Source: Octopus sinensis
Taxonomy: Eukaryota
Direction: 5' to 3'
DNA length: 64,000 nucleotides
Assembly: GCF_006345805.1 (NCBI RefSeq)
Contig: NC_043006.1
Coordinates: 34,472,001 to 34,536,000, forward strand
The notes below the pieces were generated by a model. That model saw only the letters and a program-made list of their open reading frames with translations, ran no database searches and had not been told where the DNA came from. Position numbers and translations under genes: made by a program. Position 1 is the first letter of the stretch. Every line of letters begins with the position of its first letter. Below, in pieces: positions 13,530 to 25,661 of this stretch.

Positions 13530-13745
13530 TGAAGGTCACAAACTAAATTGAAAAGACAGAGGTAAATGTGAAGGTAGAGCAATCTACAGAGAACAGTGCT
13601 GCTTGGAACTGCACAAACCATCCACAGAATTCTTGAAATCTAAATGAAGAATATAACCCTCAGTCCAGTGATTACAGATAGAGGATACTTTGTCACAGTC
13701 TCCAGCACAGTTGCTGTGTTGTACAAGATAAAATATTAATCATAA
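13530..13745 (+). mobile_element. R4/Dong-like LINE extreme 3' end
   Basis: LQRTVLLGTAQTIHRILEI* matches the R4/Dong terminal LQK-VLLGTA-ILR-VL motif, then a short UTR and TAA-rich tail. Confidence 0.65.
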
Positions 13746-15144
13746 TGATTGTATTACTTTGTCACAAAATCACAGACAAGGGGTGTATTACAAGAGTAAT
13801 TTATAAATACTGGGGAGTCTCCACAGAATCAATTACATTAATAAAAAGAATCCAGCATAGAAAACTAAGGCATGTAAAAAAAAAGGCGGGGGGGGGCTGT
13901 GTAAGGACCAATCAAGGAGCTACTCACATTAAGGGTTATACTACCAAGAGCAAGTTGCCCCTTCCAAATGTGTTCTCTGAGACATGGCATATGCTGAGAG
14001 TAAACCAATTCACCTGAACTGTTCTCAACACTTATCCACCTTTCAGCAAATCACTTCTCTATTGGTGCCAACATAAAAAGCACCCAATACATTCTGTGAA
14101 GTGGTTGACATTAGGAAGAGCATCCACCCATAGAAACCTTGTGAAAACAGACAATTAGAGCTTGGTGCAGCTCTCCATCTTGCCAGCTCCTGTCAAACCA
14201 TCTAACCCAAGCCAGCATGGAAAAACAGGTGTTAAATGATGATGATGATGATGATTTATAATAACAGTAATAATATAATATTTATAACGATAATTTCAAA
14301 CAGAAACACATGACTACAAGTTTTTAGTGAGAGCTACATTATCAACATCATCATTTTACATCCATCTTTTCATGGTACAATACCAATGCATTCATTACGG
14401 AACATAAATTACTTTTATTATTTTGGCAAGTGATCCAGCCATTTACAACATATCTGTGACCGTTAACCATGTAATTAACTCATAAATACATCTGTTAGAG
14501 CACCGGACTGAGACTCCTTGTTGTCTGGTGAAAACGGTATCTTTGGTAACGCTTATGAAAATCATTTAAAAGAACAATATATATATATATATATATTTCT
14601 ATAGAACACAGCATAATTCAGAATACCCAGGACATGTGTAATGTGGACAACTCTGCAGTTATTTCTTTGAAAGCTTTTAGCTGCAAAGACTGAAATGATG
14701 TAAAAGCATCGTTTTGTTTTTGAATGTATTTCACTAGAATTTATTATATGCTTACAAAGGTAGATAGACATCAACAGCTAGCAAGCCATGCTACTCCAGA
14801 CCGATGATGAGCAATGACTCAGAAACTAGTCTCTGGATGCTGGCTTAGATGGGTGGAGGTGCTTATCTCCCCCTTTGTAAACATAAGGGTTAGGATTAAG
14901 GTTAAGGTTAGGAAATGTATCAAGGCTGACAGGAAGCGGTGCTGCTTCCTAGGGCTAAATAGCAGTAGTATTATTCCCTTTCATGGGACTGTCATATTAA
15001 GTCGACAGCACACCACCACTTTATACTACTGTATAAATCTCTCTGAGAGATTTAGAAATGTATTATTTCTATTTAAGAATCATTTTATAGATCTGTTTTG
15101 GAATAATTGTCAGTTATCAAATTTCTGGTTGCACCATAAATATA

Positions 15145-15295
15145 AGGAATTCCAACCACGTTTTGTGGTTCACTACCTCCACAGCTTCTTTATAGGATCC
15201 CGTGCCTAAAGACATCATCAGGAGGAACCATGTCCGGTTTCGGCCCCAATTCCTCTACCGTTTTTGATGTGGCTGGGCACTCCCTTTCAGAGAAG
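15145..15295 (-). mobile_element. Partial copy of the LTR-like repeat at 55769-56121
   Basis: Shares GGGGCCGAAACCGGACATGGTTCCTCCTGATGATGTC and GGATCCTATAAAG in the opposite orientation. Confidence 0.7.
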
Positions 15296-15684
15296 AAGGG
15301 GAGGAAGAAGAAGAAGAAGAAAGAAAGAATTCAGGAAGTCAGGTCTGATGATGACAATGGAAGTAAATGAGATGCTCTGCTTGAAAACACCCCACTAACC
15401 CATGCACTTGTTCATTTAAGCAGAGATTTGAAAATCCTTCCCAGCATTTTCCTTATTCTTTTATATGAGATTGTTTTTAGATTTCTATGTTTGGAATAGA
15501 TGTAGGTGTGAATATGTGATAAGAAGTTTGCTTTCCACCATGACTCAAGGTTGAGTCCCACTCTGTAGCATCTTAGGCAGGTACCTTCTGTTATAAACCA
15601 CGATATAAACCAGGGGTTCCCAACCCTTTTATTTAAATGGGTTTCCCTATGGACACCTTTTAATATGCCTATCCTTGTGTGTGT

Positions 15685-15986
15685 GTAAAAAGCACCATTT
15701 GAGTGTGGTCGATGCCAGTGCCACCTGACTAGCTCCCGTGCCGGTGGCATGTAAAAAGCACCATTCAAGTGTGGTTGTTGCCAGTGTTGCCTGACTGGCC
15801 CTTATGCCGGTGGCACGTAAAAAGCATCCACTACATTCTCGGAGTGGTTGGCATTAGGAAGGGCATCCAGCTGTAGAAACCTTGCCAGATCAGACTGGAG
15901 CTTGGTGCAGCCTTCTGGCTTGCCGGCCCTCAGTCAAACCGTCCAACCTATGCCAGCATGGAAAGCGGACGTTAAACGAAGACGAT
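15685..15986 (+). mobile_element. RTE LINE 3' UTR with internal ~60-bp subrepeats and GAT-type tail
   Basis: GCCAGTG...GTGCCGGTGGCACGTAAAAAGCACC subrepeats, then CATGCCAGCATGGAAAGCGGACGTTAAA. The same 3' end follows RTE coding sequence at 22450-22940 and 57910-58543. Other copies at 3065-3160, 11780-11980, 14060-14255, 28170-28298, 38060-38242, 40970-41200 and 59530-59750. Confidence 0.85.
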
Positions 15987-16355
15987 ATATAAATCATCAT
16001 CATCATCGTTTAATGTCTACTTTCCATGCTAGCATAAATACATTTATCAATTTGTGTTGCACAATTCCTGATGTGAAAGCATGTGTTGAAACAGATACTG
16101 TTGTATATTGGGATGGTCATTTAAAAAATTTTGTTTCTTTGCTGAATAAACACATGCTCTACATATTTGTTCTCCACTTGTTTATTTCTGTTCTTATTCT
16201 CACTTATGTCCATTGTCCCGAAATCTTTTGTCACACATCTGTGACCTCTCCAGTGACACTTTCTGTCCTCGTGTATGCTCTTGCTCCACTTACTACATTC
16301 TGCTCTTCAATGATATGTATTCTTATGTGCACATGCACTTGAATCCATGTGTGTC

Positions 16356-16386
<31 letters not shown>

Positions 16387-16869
16387 GAAATTTTGAATTT
16401 AGTTCATGAACCCCCAGTACTACCTATGCAGACTAACCATAGCCTGGAGTGGATTTACAAGAAAATCCACTTTTTTTAAATCTAAATATTTATGTACAGA
16501 AATAGGCTCTTATTGATCAGAGTTTTATATATACTGTTGTCGATGCTGCATTTTAAAAGTCAAAAGTAATTTCCTAGGCCTTTTTTAAATTTCCCAATGT
16601 CTTCCAGTGAGTCTGTTACAACCAGTATACCACACAAATACCATATAAATTGGCACCATTTTATTCTCTATTTTAACAATATAGAACAATATGATATTAC
16701 GCCCTAAGGGAGAACCCATGGTTACTCCATTTTTTGTTTATATAATTTACTTAGTGGACAGCGAAAGATGCACAATACACTTATAAGTTCTTCAATGTTA
16801 GCAGGTATCACGGGTAGCTTTGCTCATAGGCATTTCTAGATATCTTAGAAAAGAAAACCAACAAAGGAA

Positions 16870-17235
16870 AGCAAAAAAAAAAAAACAACAACACCTTAGA
16901 TGGTAATGTATCTCTCAAAGAAATGGAAAAATTATCCAAATATAAAGATCTGGATGAAGAGAAAAGCAGAATGTGGGAACTGGAGAAAGATGCATAATTA
17001 AGAAGTGCCTTGGGAAATACATTACCACAACACCAAGAGTTATGAACACATGCAAGATGCAAAAAATAGAACTGGTATGTGCTGCACAAACATTGCATAG
17101 AGTACTCTCAGTATAATAGGAAATAAACAAAACTGAAAAACAATTATCCAAGGCCCACAGAGCTGCACTTAGTAATGCAGTGAAAGCAGGCAGCACTACT
17201 ACTACTACTACTACTACAACTACAACAACAAAAAC

Positions 17236-17292
<57 letters not shown>

Positions 17293-17305
17293 TGATAATG
17301 ATGAT
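16870..17305 (+). mobile_element. R4/Dong-like LINE 3' end followed by (ACT)n(AAT)n
   Basis: PLDGNVSLKEMEKLSKYKDLD..SRMWEL...MQKIELVCAAQTLHRVLSV*, ending in a TAA microsatellite, a known Dong target/tail. Confidence 0.8.
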
Positions 17306-17530
17306 TCCAATAACTGTTTCAAATTTTGGTACAAGACGAGGAATTTTGAAGGAAGGATTAAGGTTGATTATATCGACCCCAGTCCCTAACTGTTACTTTA
17401 TCTGAGTGACCCTGAAAGGATAAGAGGCAAAAATGACCTCAGCAAGATTTGAACTCAGTATGTCAAGTGATGGAATAAATGCGTCAAAGTAAGTTTTCCA
17501 ATGCTCCAATGATTTTGTCAGCTAACAGTC

Positions 17531-17562
<32 letters not shown>

Positions 17563-17719
17563 CACCACAAAATTATTAACATTCTTTTTCTTACAATGTC
17601 ATGTGTTGTGTAGGTCTTTCAAACAACAGGTTGCTACTTAGCTCACTCTTTTCACATATATAGGTGTGTGTGTGTGTGTGCGTGCGTGCATAAATATACA
17701 TATTTCATGAGGAAATCAG

Positions 17720-18060
17720 ACCATCTTCCTCACAGCTTCCACTTTCATGACTCACCTACTTGAACGAAATCACATGCCACTTTCCCACTCACAACACATT
17801 GTCCATTTTCATTGCTAGCCCAAACAATCACAGGCATCTCTCACGTATACAATTGTTGATGGCTTTCATGCCTAGCCATTCTATTTGATTACTTGTGTGT
17901 GCTCCATCCATTGTGCACGGTAGCATTCCACATCATAAATATAATACTTATTTCATTTCTATCCACATCACTCACATTCAGTACTCAAGTTTCAACCACC
18001 AAGCAGGAACACATTCTCATACTGCATCTGTACACAAACATTTCACAAGAGAACCTCTAT
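17720..18060 (-). mobile_element. Highly decayed RTE ORF C-terminal fragment
   Basis: Minus strand gives ..VET*VLNVSDVDRNEISI..RERCL*LFGLAMKMD.., homologous to the RTE ETW...RNE...RRLRWFGHV-RM region. Confidence 0.55.
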
Positions 18061-18579
18061 GCAGCAGCTCAATCTGCTGAAAATAGCAACTCTGTCTTAA
18101 AATAAGATCACCCTATGTAACTGTTGTAGTGAAATGTTACACCCCTTTCCACATGGCAAAGTGGTATGAACCAGCCATTATAAAGTCAGAGGTCAGTCAG
18201 TGATGGTAGAGTCGTTGTATGAGTTTCTCAGTTGGAGCCAGTGTCAGTTACATGTGATATACGAGTTCGAGTTAATGTCAAGGTAGACATTTCACAGTCA
18301 TTGCCTTGTGGAGCTATCAGCAATAGCATGATAGACAGTTCAAAGATAATTGATGCGGAATATCACCAAAACATAATAGTGATGACAAGAATATACAGTG
18401 CTGATGACAACATACAAGTGGATGAGGATCCATTATTATAACAGTAACATAGTCTTAGATTCTAGAGTATGTCATGCTAGGAACATTTTGGTTGTAGATT
18501 TGATTGATTAGGGTTGACTGGGGTGGGGAGTTAGTATCACTGATATACTTTGCACCAGAAAGAACCATTTTTTGCCAAA

Positions 18580-18790
18580 ATGGAGGTGCATGGTTTAGTG
18601 GTTAGGGTGTTGGACTTTCTTTTGCTAGATTGTGGGTGTGATTCTTGAACTGGGTGGCACATTGCATTCTTGTGCAAAACACTTCATTTCACGTTGTGCA
18701 CTCAGCTGGTTAAAATGAATAACCGAGACAGACTGGTGTTCCATTCAATGAAGAATATAAACACATCAGAGAAACCACCCCTATGTTCCT
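18580..18790 (+). mobile_element. tRNA-derived SINE family C
   Basis: TGGTTTAGTGGTTAGGGTGTTGGAC head and GCAAAACACTTCATTTCAC core; related copies at 37180-37420, 52890-53090 and 21560-21770 (minus). Confidence 0.7.
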
Positions 18791-19234
18791 TAACACAAGC
18801 ACTTAGGCACCCTACTTTGAGTAGCCATGACTGAGATGCATCTCACCACAATACCCCAGGAATATCTAGCCACCATTAACTTGGGTAGATTCTGAATTTC
18901 ATGTTGTATGCTTCTAGCAATAGCATCAATGTAGCTAAGTGGTTTCCATCCTTGATCAGGGTGCAGAACCTCTGTAACATCCAATATGACCAAATGCTGA
19001 GCATGACAGTAGCTGGTCAGCAAAGTTCACCCTGCATTGAATAACAATAGTAGTGATGGGTGTAATGTGTCCATTATTTTCTTCTTTGGTCTCATGGCTA
19101 TACAAAGAGATGTCTTGAACCCTCACAAGAAGGCTGCCGTATATAACATCAAAATGATTTTGAAACTCCTTCTTCATATTGAAGATTTTGGTTTTGTAGA
19201 TAAGAATGTTCTCTACATGTGCTCCTGAAGGCCA

Positions 19235-19620
19235 GCCTTAGAAAAGTACTATTTGTAAATCTCACAAGAGATATTCAGCAACAGTACTTTGCAGTAAAGA
19301 TTGTTTTTAGTAATTTTCTAATTTATAGATCAGTGACTAGTTGTCACTTTGAAAACTATATATTTCGAACAGGAATGTTGGCAGTGCCACCTCTAGCTGA
19401 ACAATTATTCTGTGCTGATGAAGGGAAATAACCTGGAAATTGCTATACACAGATATTGTTTTGAGCTGAGTGGGGTGCTAGATTCCCTTGTTCGAAAATC
19501 TAAGGACATAGATAGTATCGTATAGCCAGCTGGAGACGATGTTTCCTGGGGCTAAATTACAGCAACATTCGTCTTAAAACCAGGACTGCCATGTTATGTT
19601 GGCAAGCAATCTTTACTCCC
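19235..19620 (+). mobile_element. Penelope-like terminal repeat fragment carrying a hammerhead
   Basis: Contains CTGATGA...GAAA at 19415-19439; the ends carry AGTAAAGATTG/CAATCTTTACT in inverted orientation. Confidence 0.6.
19411..19451 (+). ncRNA. Minimal type I hammerhead ribozyme (slightly decayed)
   Basis: TGTG-CTGATGA-AGGG AAATAA CCTG-GAAA-TTGCTAT-A-CACA: stem I TGTG/CACA and a near-palindromic stem III. Confidence 0.6.
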
Positions 19621-19984
19621 AAAGCCAGCCTTGTTAACTTTATATACTTGAAGCTCAGTACAAGTACCACAGACTTGTCTCTTGCATAGCATAAAGACTG
19701 TCTTACTGTCACCAACGCCAGACCCAAGATACTTGAACTTAGAGACTTCCCTGAGTCATGTGCCATCACAAGCACAAATTAGCAGGTGGCGTTTCATCCT
19801 CATTGATACTCTTATATTTAGTATCCTTTCTGCTCATAAATACAAATATATAAACATTCGTACAAGTACTGGGGTGCATATAATTAAGTAACTCCTAAGT
19901 TTCCCTATCTTGTGCCTATATAAATTGTGTGTGTGAATAAAATGTCCCCCATTTTTTATACAGTCTTTAAATAAGCAACTAGAA

Positions 19985-20493
19985 AAGAGGCAATGACGAA
20001 AGACCAAGACTTCTGGAGATATGCTGTGACTGCGAAGACCTGACAAATGAAGTGAGTTCATGGCTCGCAGGACGGCCTGCTGTGCTTATTTTGGATTGTA
20101 GGGTGACCTGCTGTTCTTGAGGAGAAGTACATCAACATCAAAATAAAAATCAAATGGAAATTATAGCTGTGATACCAGTGTTGGTGGCATGTAAAAAGCA
20201 CCATCTGAACATGGCCAATGCCAGTGCATCCTTGACTGGTGACCGTGCTGGTGGCACATAAAAAGCACCAACCAATCGTGGCTGTTGCCAGCCTCCTCTG
20301 GCCCCTGTGCCGGTGGCACGTAGAAAGTACCCACTACACTCACAGAGTGGTTGGCATTAGTAAGGGCATCCAGCTGTAGAAACACTGCCAGATCAGACTG
20401 GAGCCTGGTGCAGCCTCCTGGCTTCCCAGACCCCAGTCGAACCGTCCAACCCGTGCTAGCATGGAAAACGGATGTTAAACGATGATGATGATG
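19985..20493 (+). mobile_element. RTE LINE 3' end (last codons, UTR, (GAT)n)
   Basis: EAMTKDQDFWRYAVTAKT* followed by UTR subrepeats and GTTAAACGATGATGATGATG. Confidence 0.85.
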
Positions 20494-21171
20494 AAATGTC
20501 TGAAACACAAACCCTGTGAGGTGGGTTAGCTGTTGCAGTAAGTATCTTTGGCCATTCTCCATGGCAACACCTTTGCAATCAATGTCCACAAGGCATGGCT
20601 GAACCCACCATTTGATGTGGGGCGCATAACCTGTTACCCCCTCTTCCCTTACCCCCATTCCTTTTACTTTTTCTTTGTCTCTTTAGTAAGGTAGTCATGT
20701 TGTAAATAAAATGGGGTTCTTCTACTAGAAGCTATCAAACAGTTTACTTTAAGGGCCATTCATATATTTTAATAATGCACCTGAATAGTATAGTAGAAAC
20801 AAGATATATTACAACTTGTTTGTAGAGAAGAGAACAAAGGAAATGACCACTTGAACTTTGAGCAACACCTTTAACTCTCTTTAGGGTCATAGGGTTTAAG
20901 GTGAAGCAAGGATAAGTATTTTAACCCTTCAACATTATTTCAATGATGTGTTTGTATATGACATTGTAGGGTAAGTGTTAGAGTCTTTATATGGCCAGTT
21001 TCAATATAAAATGGAGCATTTTTACAATGACATTGTTGGATATGTATGAGAGGCCAGATCTGGTCAGTTTCAACATAAAACAGAATATTTTGGGCCAGAT
21101 ATGGCCAGTTTAAACCTTTAGCATTTAAACTAGACCTATCCAGCCTAAATATTCTACCCATAATTGTTGAT

Positions 21172-21505
21172 CATCGTCATCATCGTTTAACGTCCACTTT
21201 CCATGCTGGCATGGGTTGGACGGTTTGACTGAGGGCTGGTGAGCCAGAAGGCTGCACCAGTCTCCAATCTGATCTGGTAAAGTTTCTACAGCTGGATGCC
21301 CTTCCTAATGCCAACCACTCCAAGAGTGTAGTGGGTGCTTTTACATGCCAGTCAGGCGGCACTGGCATCAGCCACGCTCAAATTGTGCTTTTTATGTGCC
21401 ACCTGCACAGGCAACGACCACACTCAAATGGTGCTTTATTTTATGTGCCACCAGCATGGGAGCTAGTCAGTGGCCCTGGCAATGATCATGCTCAAATGGT
21501 GCTTT
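21172..21505 (-). mobile_element. RTE LINE 3' UTR
   Basis: Reverse complement of the 15685-15986 type. Confidence 0.85.
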
Positions 21506-21958
21506 AATCAGGCTGTACTGATTGACCAGGCTACTGAATGTCATTATACACTGCTGGTCACAATGCCACTTCACATCATTTTAGCTTCCGAATGATGTCA
21601 CTCCTTTGACTTGGCAAGAAGGCCAACATTCTCATTTACAGCTGAGTAGAGTGGAACAACATGAAATAAAGTGTTTTACTCAAGAACACAACTCACAGCT
21701 GGCCTGAGAGTTGAAACTACACTCTCACAGTTATGAATGTAACACACTTAACCAACAGACCATGCGTCTTCACTTATTGTATATATTGAAGTATAATAAA
21801 CACTTTTCTTACAGAGTTTTAAATCCCAAAATTTAGTGTGTGCACTATACACAAAGTTACCTATTTTCCAGTTCAATGTGTTTGGCCATATTTGGGATGG
21901 CATAACTGAAACTAGGTTATATTTATACTCCATGCTAACAGATGTGTAACAAAGGGTT

Positions 21959-22215
21959 ATTATTCAGGTCACTGCCTGGAATCAAACTCGGAATCTTGGG
22001 GTTAGTAGCCCGCACTCTTAACCACTACGCCATATGTCCGTGGGCAATTAGGAGTGAATTTTAGGGCTTATAAATCTAATATTTTAAAGAAGGATAGGAA
22101 ACTATTAGATTTATAAGCCCTAAATTCACTCCAAAATTGCCCACGGGTATATGGCGTAGTGGTTAAGAGCGCAGGCTACTAACCCCAAGATTCCAAGTTT
22201 GATTTCAGGCAGTGA

Positions 22216-22259
<44 letters not shown>

Positions 22260-22425
22260 TGGAAAAATACCATAGAAATGAGAATCCAGGTTCGAAATTT
22301 CTCCAAGACACCTGATGAAGGCTGGAGGGTATATCAGCCAAAACTTGTTAACAAACAAGATGAGGACAAATATCCATCAAATGTAAATAATGTACATAAT
22401 TACTCATCTCTTAAATATAGAACTG
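21959..22425 (+). mobile_element. tRNA-headed, hammerhead-bearing element with inverted 5' duplication and 8-bp TSD
   Basis: About 21959-22081 is the reverse complement of about 22103-22226; A box TGGCGTAGTGG; (AAT)n; CTGATGA-AGGCTG..CAGCC-aAAA; AAAGGGTT on both flanks (21951-21958 and 22426-22433). Second copy at 45409-45640. Confidence 0.8.
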
Positions 22426-22449
22426 AAAGGGTTTGAATTGCATAGGCTT

Positions 22450-22940
22450 GAATGAAATGAAGCCACAATGTTTCACTGGACGTGCAGTGTCAGTATGCAA
22501 GTCTTGAGAGAAAAGTTGGACATAAGAGGCATCAGATGTGGTGTGCAAGAATGCATACGCTGTGCCATGTATGCATATAAATGAGGACAGCTGTGTAAAG
22601 AAGTGCTAATCTCTAAGTGTGGAGTGAAACTGTGGAAAAGGTTGACCCAGGAAGACATGGGATGAGGTGGTGAAGCATGATCTTTGAACATTGGGCTTCA
22701 CAGATGCAATGACAAGTGACTAAGACCTTTGATGGTATGCTGTGCTTGAGAAGATCCATCAAACCAAGTGAAATCATAGTTATGGCTGATGCCAGTGTCA
22801 CATAAAAGCACCTGTGCCAGTGGCATAAAATCACCCATTACACTCAGACTGGAACGCTGTGCAGTTCTTTGGCTTACCAGTTCCAGTCAAACCGTCCAAC
22901 TCATGCCAGCATGAAAAGCAGATACTAAATGATGATGATA
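22450..22940 (+). mobile_element. RTE LINE ORF C-terminus plus 3' UTR
   Basis: LREKLDIRGIRCGVQE..EDSCVKKC..PRKTWDEVVKHDL..YAVLEK, then the shared 3' end and GAT tail. Confidence 0.85.
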
Positions 22941-25517
22941 GAAACACATTTTGCAATAACAGTGATAATACATTAAACCATCACTGGTTTAACATCCACT
23001 TTTCTATGCTTGCATGGGTCAGATGGAGTCTTTTGAGGCAGATTTTTCTATAAACCCTTTACCGTTTTCAAGAAAGGCAATATTTCCCTATGGCCACACG
23101 TATCTCTGTAGAGTATTGGAAATCAATGATATTCCTTTACAGAAATCACATCAGTGTACACACACGCATGCACACACACACACACACACACTTATCTGTC
23201 TATCTAGTAAGCTAGCTTGCTGGATAGAAATACATACATATGTTGGGCTTCTTTTAGTTTCTATCTGCCGCATCTATATACAAGTCATTGGTTAGCCTAG
23301 GGTTATAGAAGAAGACATCTGCTCTAAGTGTTATGTAATGAGACTGAACCTGAAACAATGAGATTGGGAAGCCAACTTCTTAGCCACACAGCCACACCTG
23401 CACCTATTTATTACATATGCATCATATTTCATGAGTGTACCTACATCAGAGGTAGAATCTATCAAGGTGGTTTCTTAGTTTACTAACAAATCAAAATAAT
23501 TCAGAAGTAAAACCTAAAAAGTAAAACAGAAACAATGAAAGGATGAAATGTACTAAGATTCAGTTTATATGCAGTTATATACATTAGTTTGTAGTTGGAT
23601 GTGGTACTAATAAGACAGCAATAACTCTTGAAATATGCATATACACCCATTATCTATAAAGCACAGTGGGTGTATGGTAAGAAGCTTGCTTCCTAACCAC
23701 ATGGTTCCAGGTTCATTCCCATGTTGTGACACCTTGGGCAAATGTCTTTTACTACAGTATTGAACCAATCAAAGCTTTGGGAGTGGATTTGGTAGACAGA
23801 AACTTAAGGAAGCCCATTGTGTGTGTGTTTGTCTGTTCTCCACCATTGCATGACTATGGATGTTGGTGTGTTTATGTCCCCATAACTTAGCACTTTGGCA
23901 AAAAGAGATTAATAGAGTGAGTACCAAGCTTAAAAAAACCAAAGTACTGGGGTTGATTCTTTCGACTAAAAATTTTTCAAGACAGTGGCCACAGTCTAAT
24001 GACTGAAACAAGTAAGAGATAAAAGATAGTAAACTGCCCCTAGAATACATACTTCTGAAAATTTTGTGTTTCAAAAACCCCCTAATTTAACATCACCTTC
24101 TGGCACATGGTTCTAGACCCCACTTCTTTCACTGTTCATGTTGATGGCATTGTTTATTACAGGTCAGTCCTAAACAAGCAATAACTCTATCATCAAAAAC
24201 ATTCCTGACATGACCAATATGTTTCTTGTTGTGTATCCATGATTACATTATCCACAACTGTCTTCCTCTTTTTAAGGTGATAGTGCATGATTGGAGGAAA
24301 TTTGGCTGCTATTTCTGACAGGAAGTGTAATCACATAAAGGCTCTGCATTTTTCCTGAAGCTGGACATTTGCCACATGAATCACACCAGTCAGGGATGAC
24401 CCACCTCTCCTCCTTCAACATAAAACAAAAATACACACAATCGTGTTTATTTTCTTTGTTGACTGCACATTCCTCTCTTACTTCATGGATGAATGGTCAA
24501 GTTTTTTTGTTTACAAAAAAAATATGTATGTAACTGTAGAATATTTGTGGCTGAATAGTCAGAGGTTAAATTGATAGATCTGATCACAACTTTTCTATTA
24601 TGTCTCTAGACAAGGAAGATAATCCAATTTCATTCAGCATGTCTAACCAAGAGCAAGGTGTCACTCATATTTCAAATTTCGACTGTTTACAAAATAACTG
24701 CTTTCACATTATGCAACAAATCTTTTAAGCTTTTACTGAGTTTTTTTTTTGTTTCTCCCAGTTATTGGACAGTATCTATGGTGGATCACTATCGTCAAGG
24801 CTTTTGCACCAATTATATTGCACCACACCCTACTTTTATCAATTTTCTAATGAGAAAAAGGCAAGCTCAACTTATAAAGTAACAAAACAACTCCTGACTA
24901 AAGTATCACAATATATGTGTTTGTGGCACCAATTTTACTATTCCATGTCAACAGGCGTGTGTGTGTGTGTGTGTATGTGTGTGTTAGTCATGTGATGAGC
25001 TTCTGCATAGTTTCCATCAACGTTTCCACTCAGGTGGGTCAGGTTGATCCAAGGCTATGGTAGAAAACATTTGTTGCCAAAGGTATACAGTGGGATGGAA
25101 CCTGGGCCGTGTAGTTGCCAAACGAGCTTCTTAACCATACAGCTGTACCTACATCCATCTGTGATTGGAGAAAATACAGTAAATAAGTAAAGATAAAGCA
25201 ACTCCAGCCATGTCCTCCTAACTCAGAACAAATGGATGAAAAAGAAGAAAGGCATTCAGACATAATAACGTCATTTAGAAACATTGAGAGACATGAAATA
25301 ATTTGTTTTTAATGATGGAACTCGAAGTAGATAAAGCTATAATAAAATGTAAGTATTGGTCAGTTTTTGGTTTCTTCTATCCAAAGGACATTTTAACCAA
25401 ATATTTACACTCTATTATTTATAGCATTATCTGCTTCGAGCTCCACAATTAAAAGCAAATTAATTCAGATAGGTATTTGTTTCTCTCTCAGAGATTTAGA
25501 AGGAAATATATAAATAC

Positions 25518-25661
25518 CTTAGCCACGGATTCATTGTAAGAGCGGCAAGACTTCTGCGAGGGGTACAATAGCTTCCTTAACGGCTTCGGAATCACTGTGT
25601 GTCGCAGTTTGCGTCGATTGTTCAGTCGACGACAGTGCTTACAGAACTTGCAGTGGTTCAT
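25518..25661 (-). CDS. Candidate coding exon, 48 codons (MNHCKFCKHCRRLNNRRKLRHTVIPKPLRKLLYPSQKSCRSYNESVAK), phase-0 donor
   Basis: Non-repetitive, CpG-rich patch. ATG at 25661 follows an in-frame stop and the frame is open to AAG|GTATTT at 25518|25517. Possible acceptor CCCTTCCACTCCCTTAACTGCTAG just upstream. No recognisable homology. Confidence 0.4.

Noticed and set aside
22145-22220. True tRNA-Ser(ACT) gene
   Set aside because: Acceptor and T stems pair poorly, and it is part of a dispersed repeat with a TSD.
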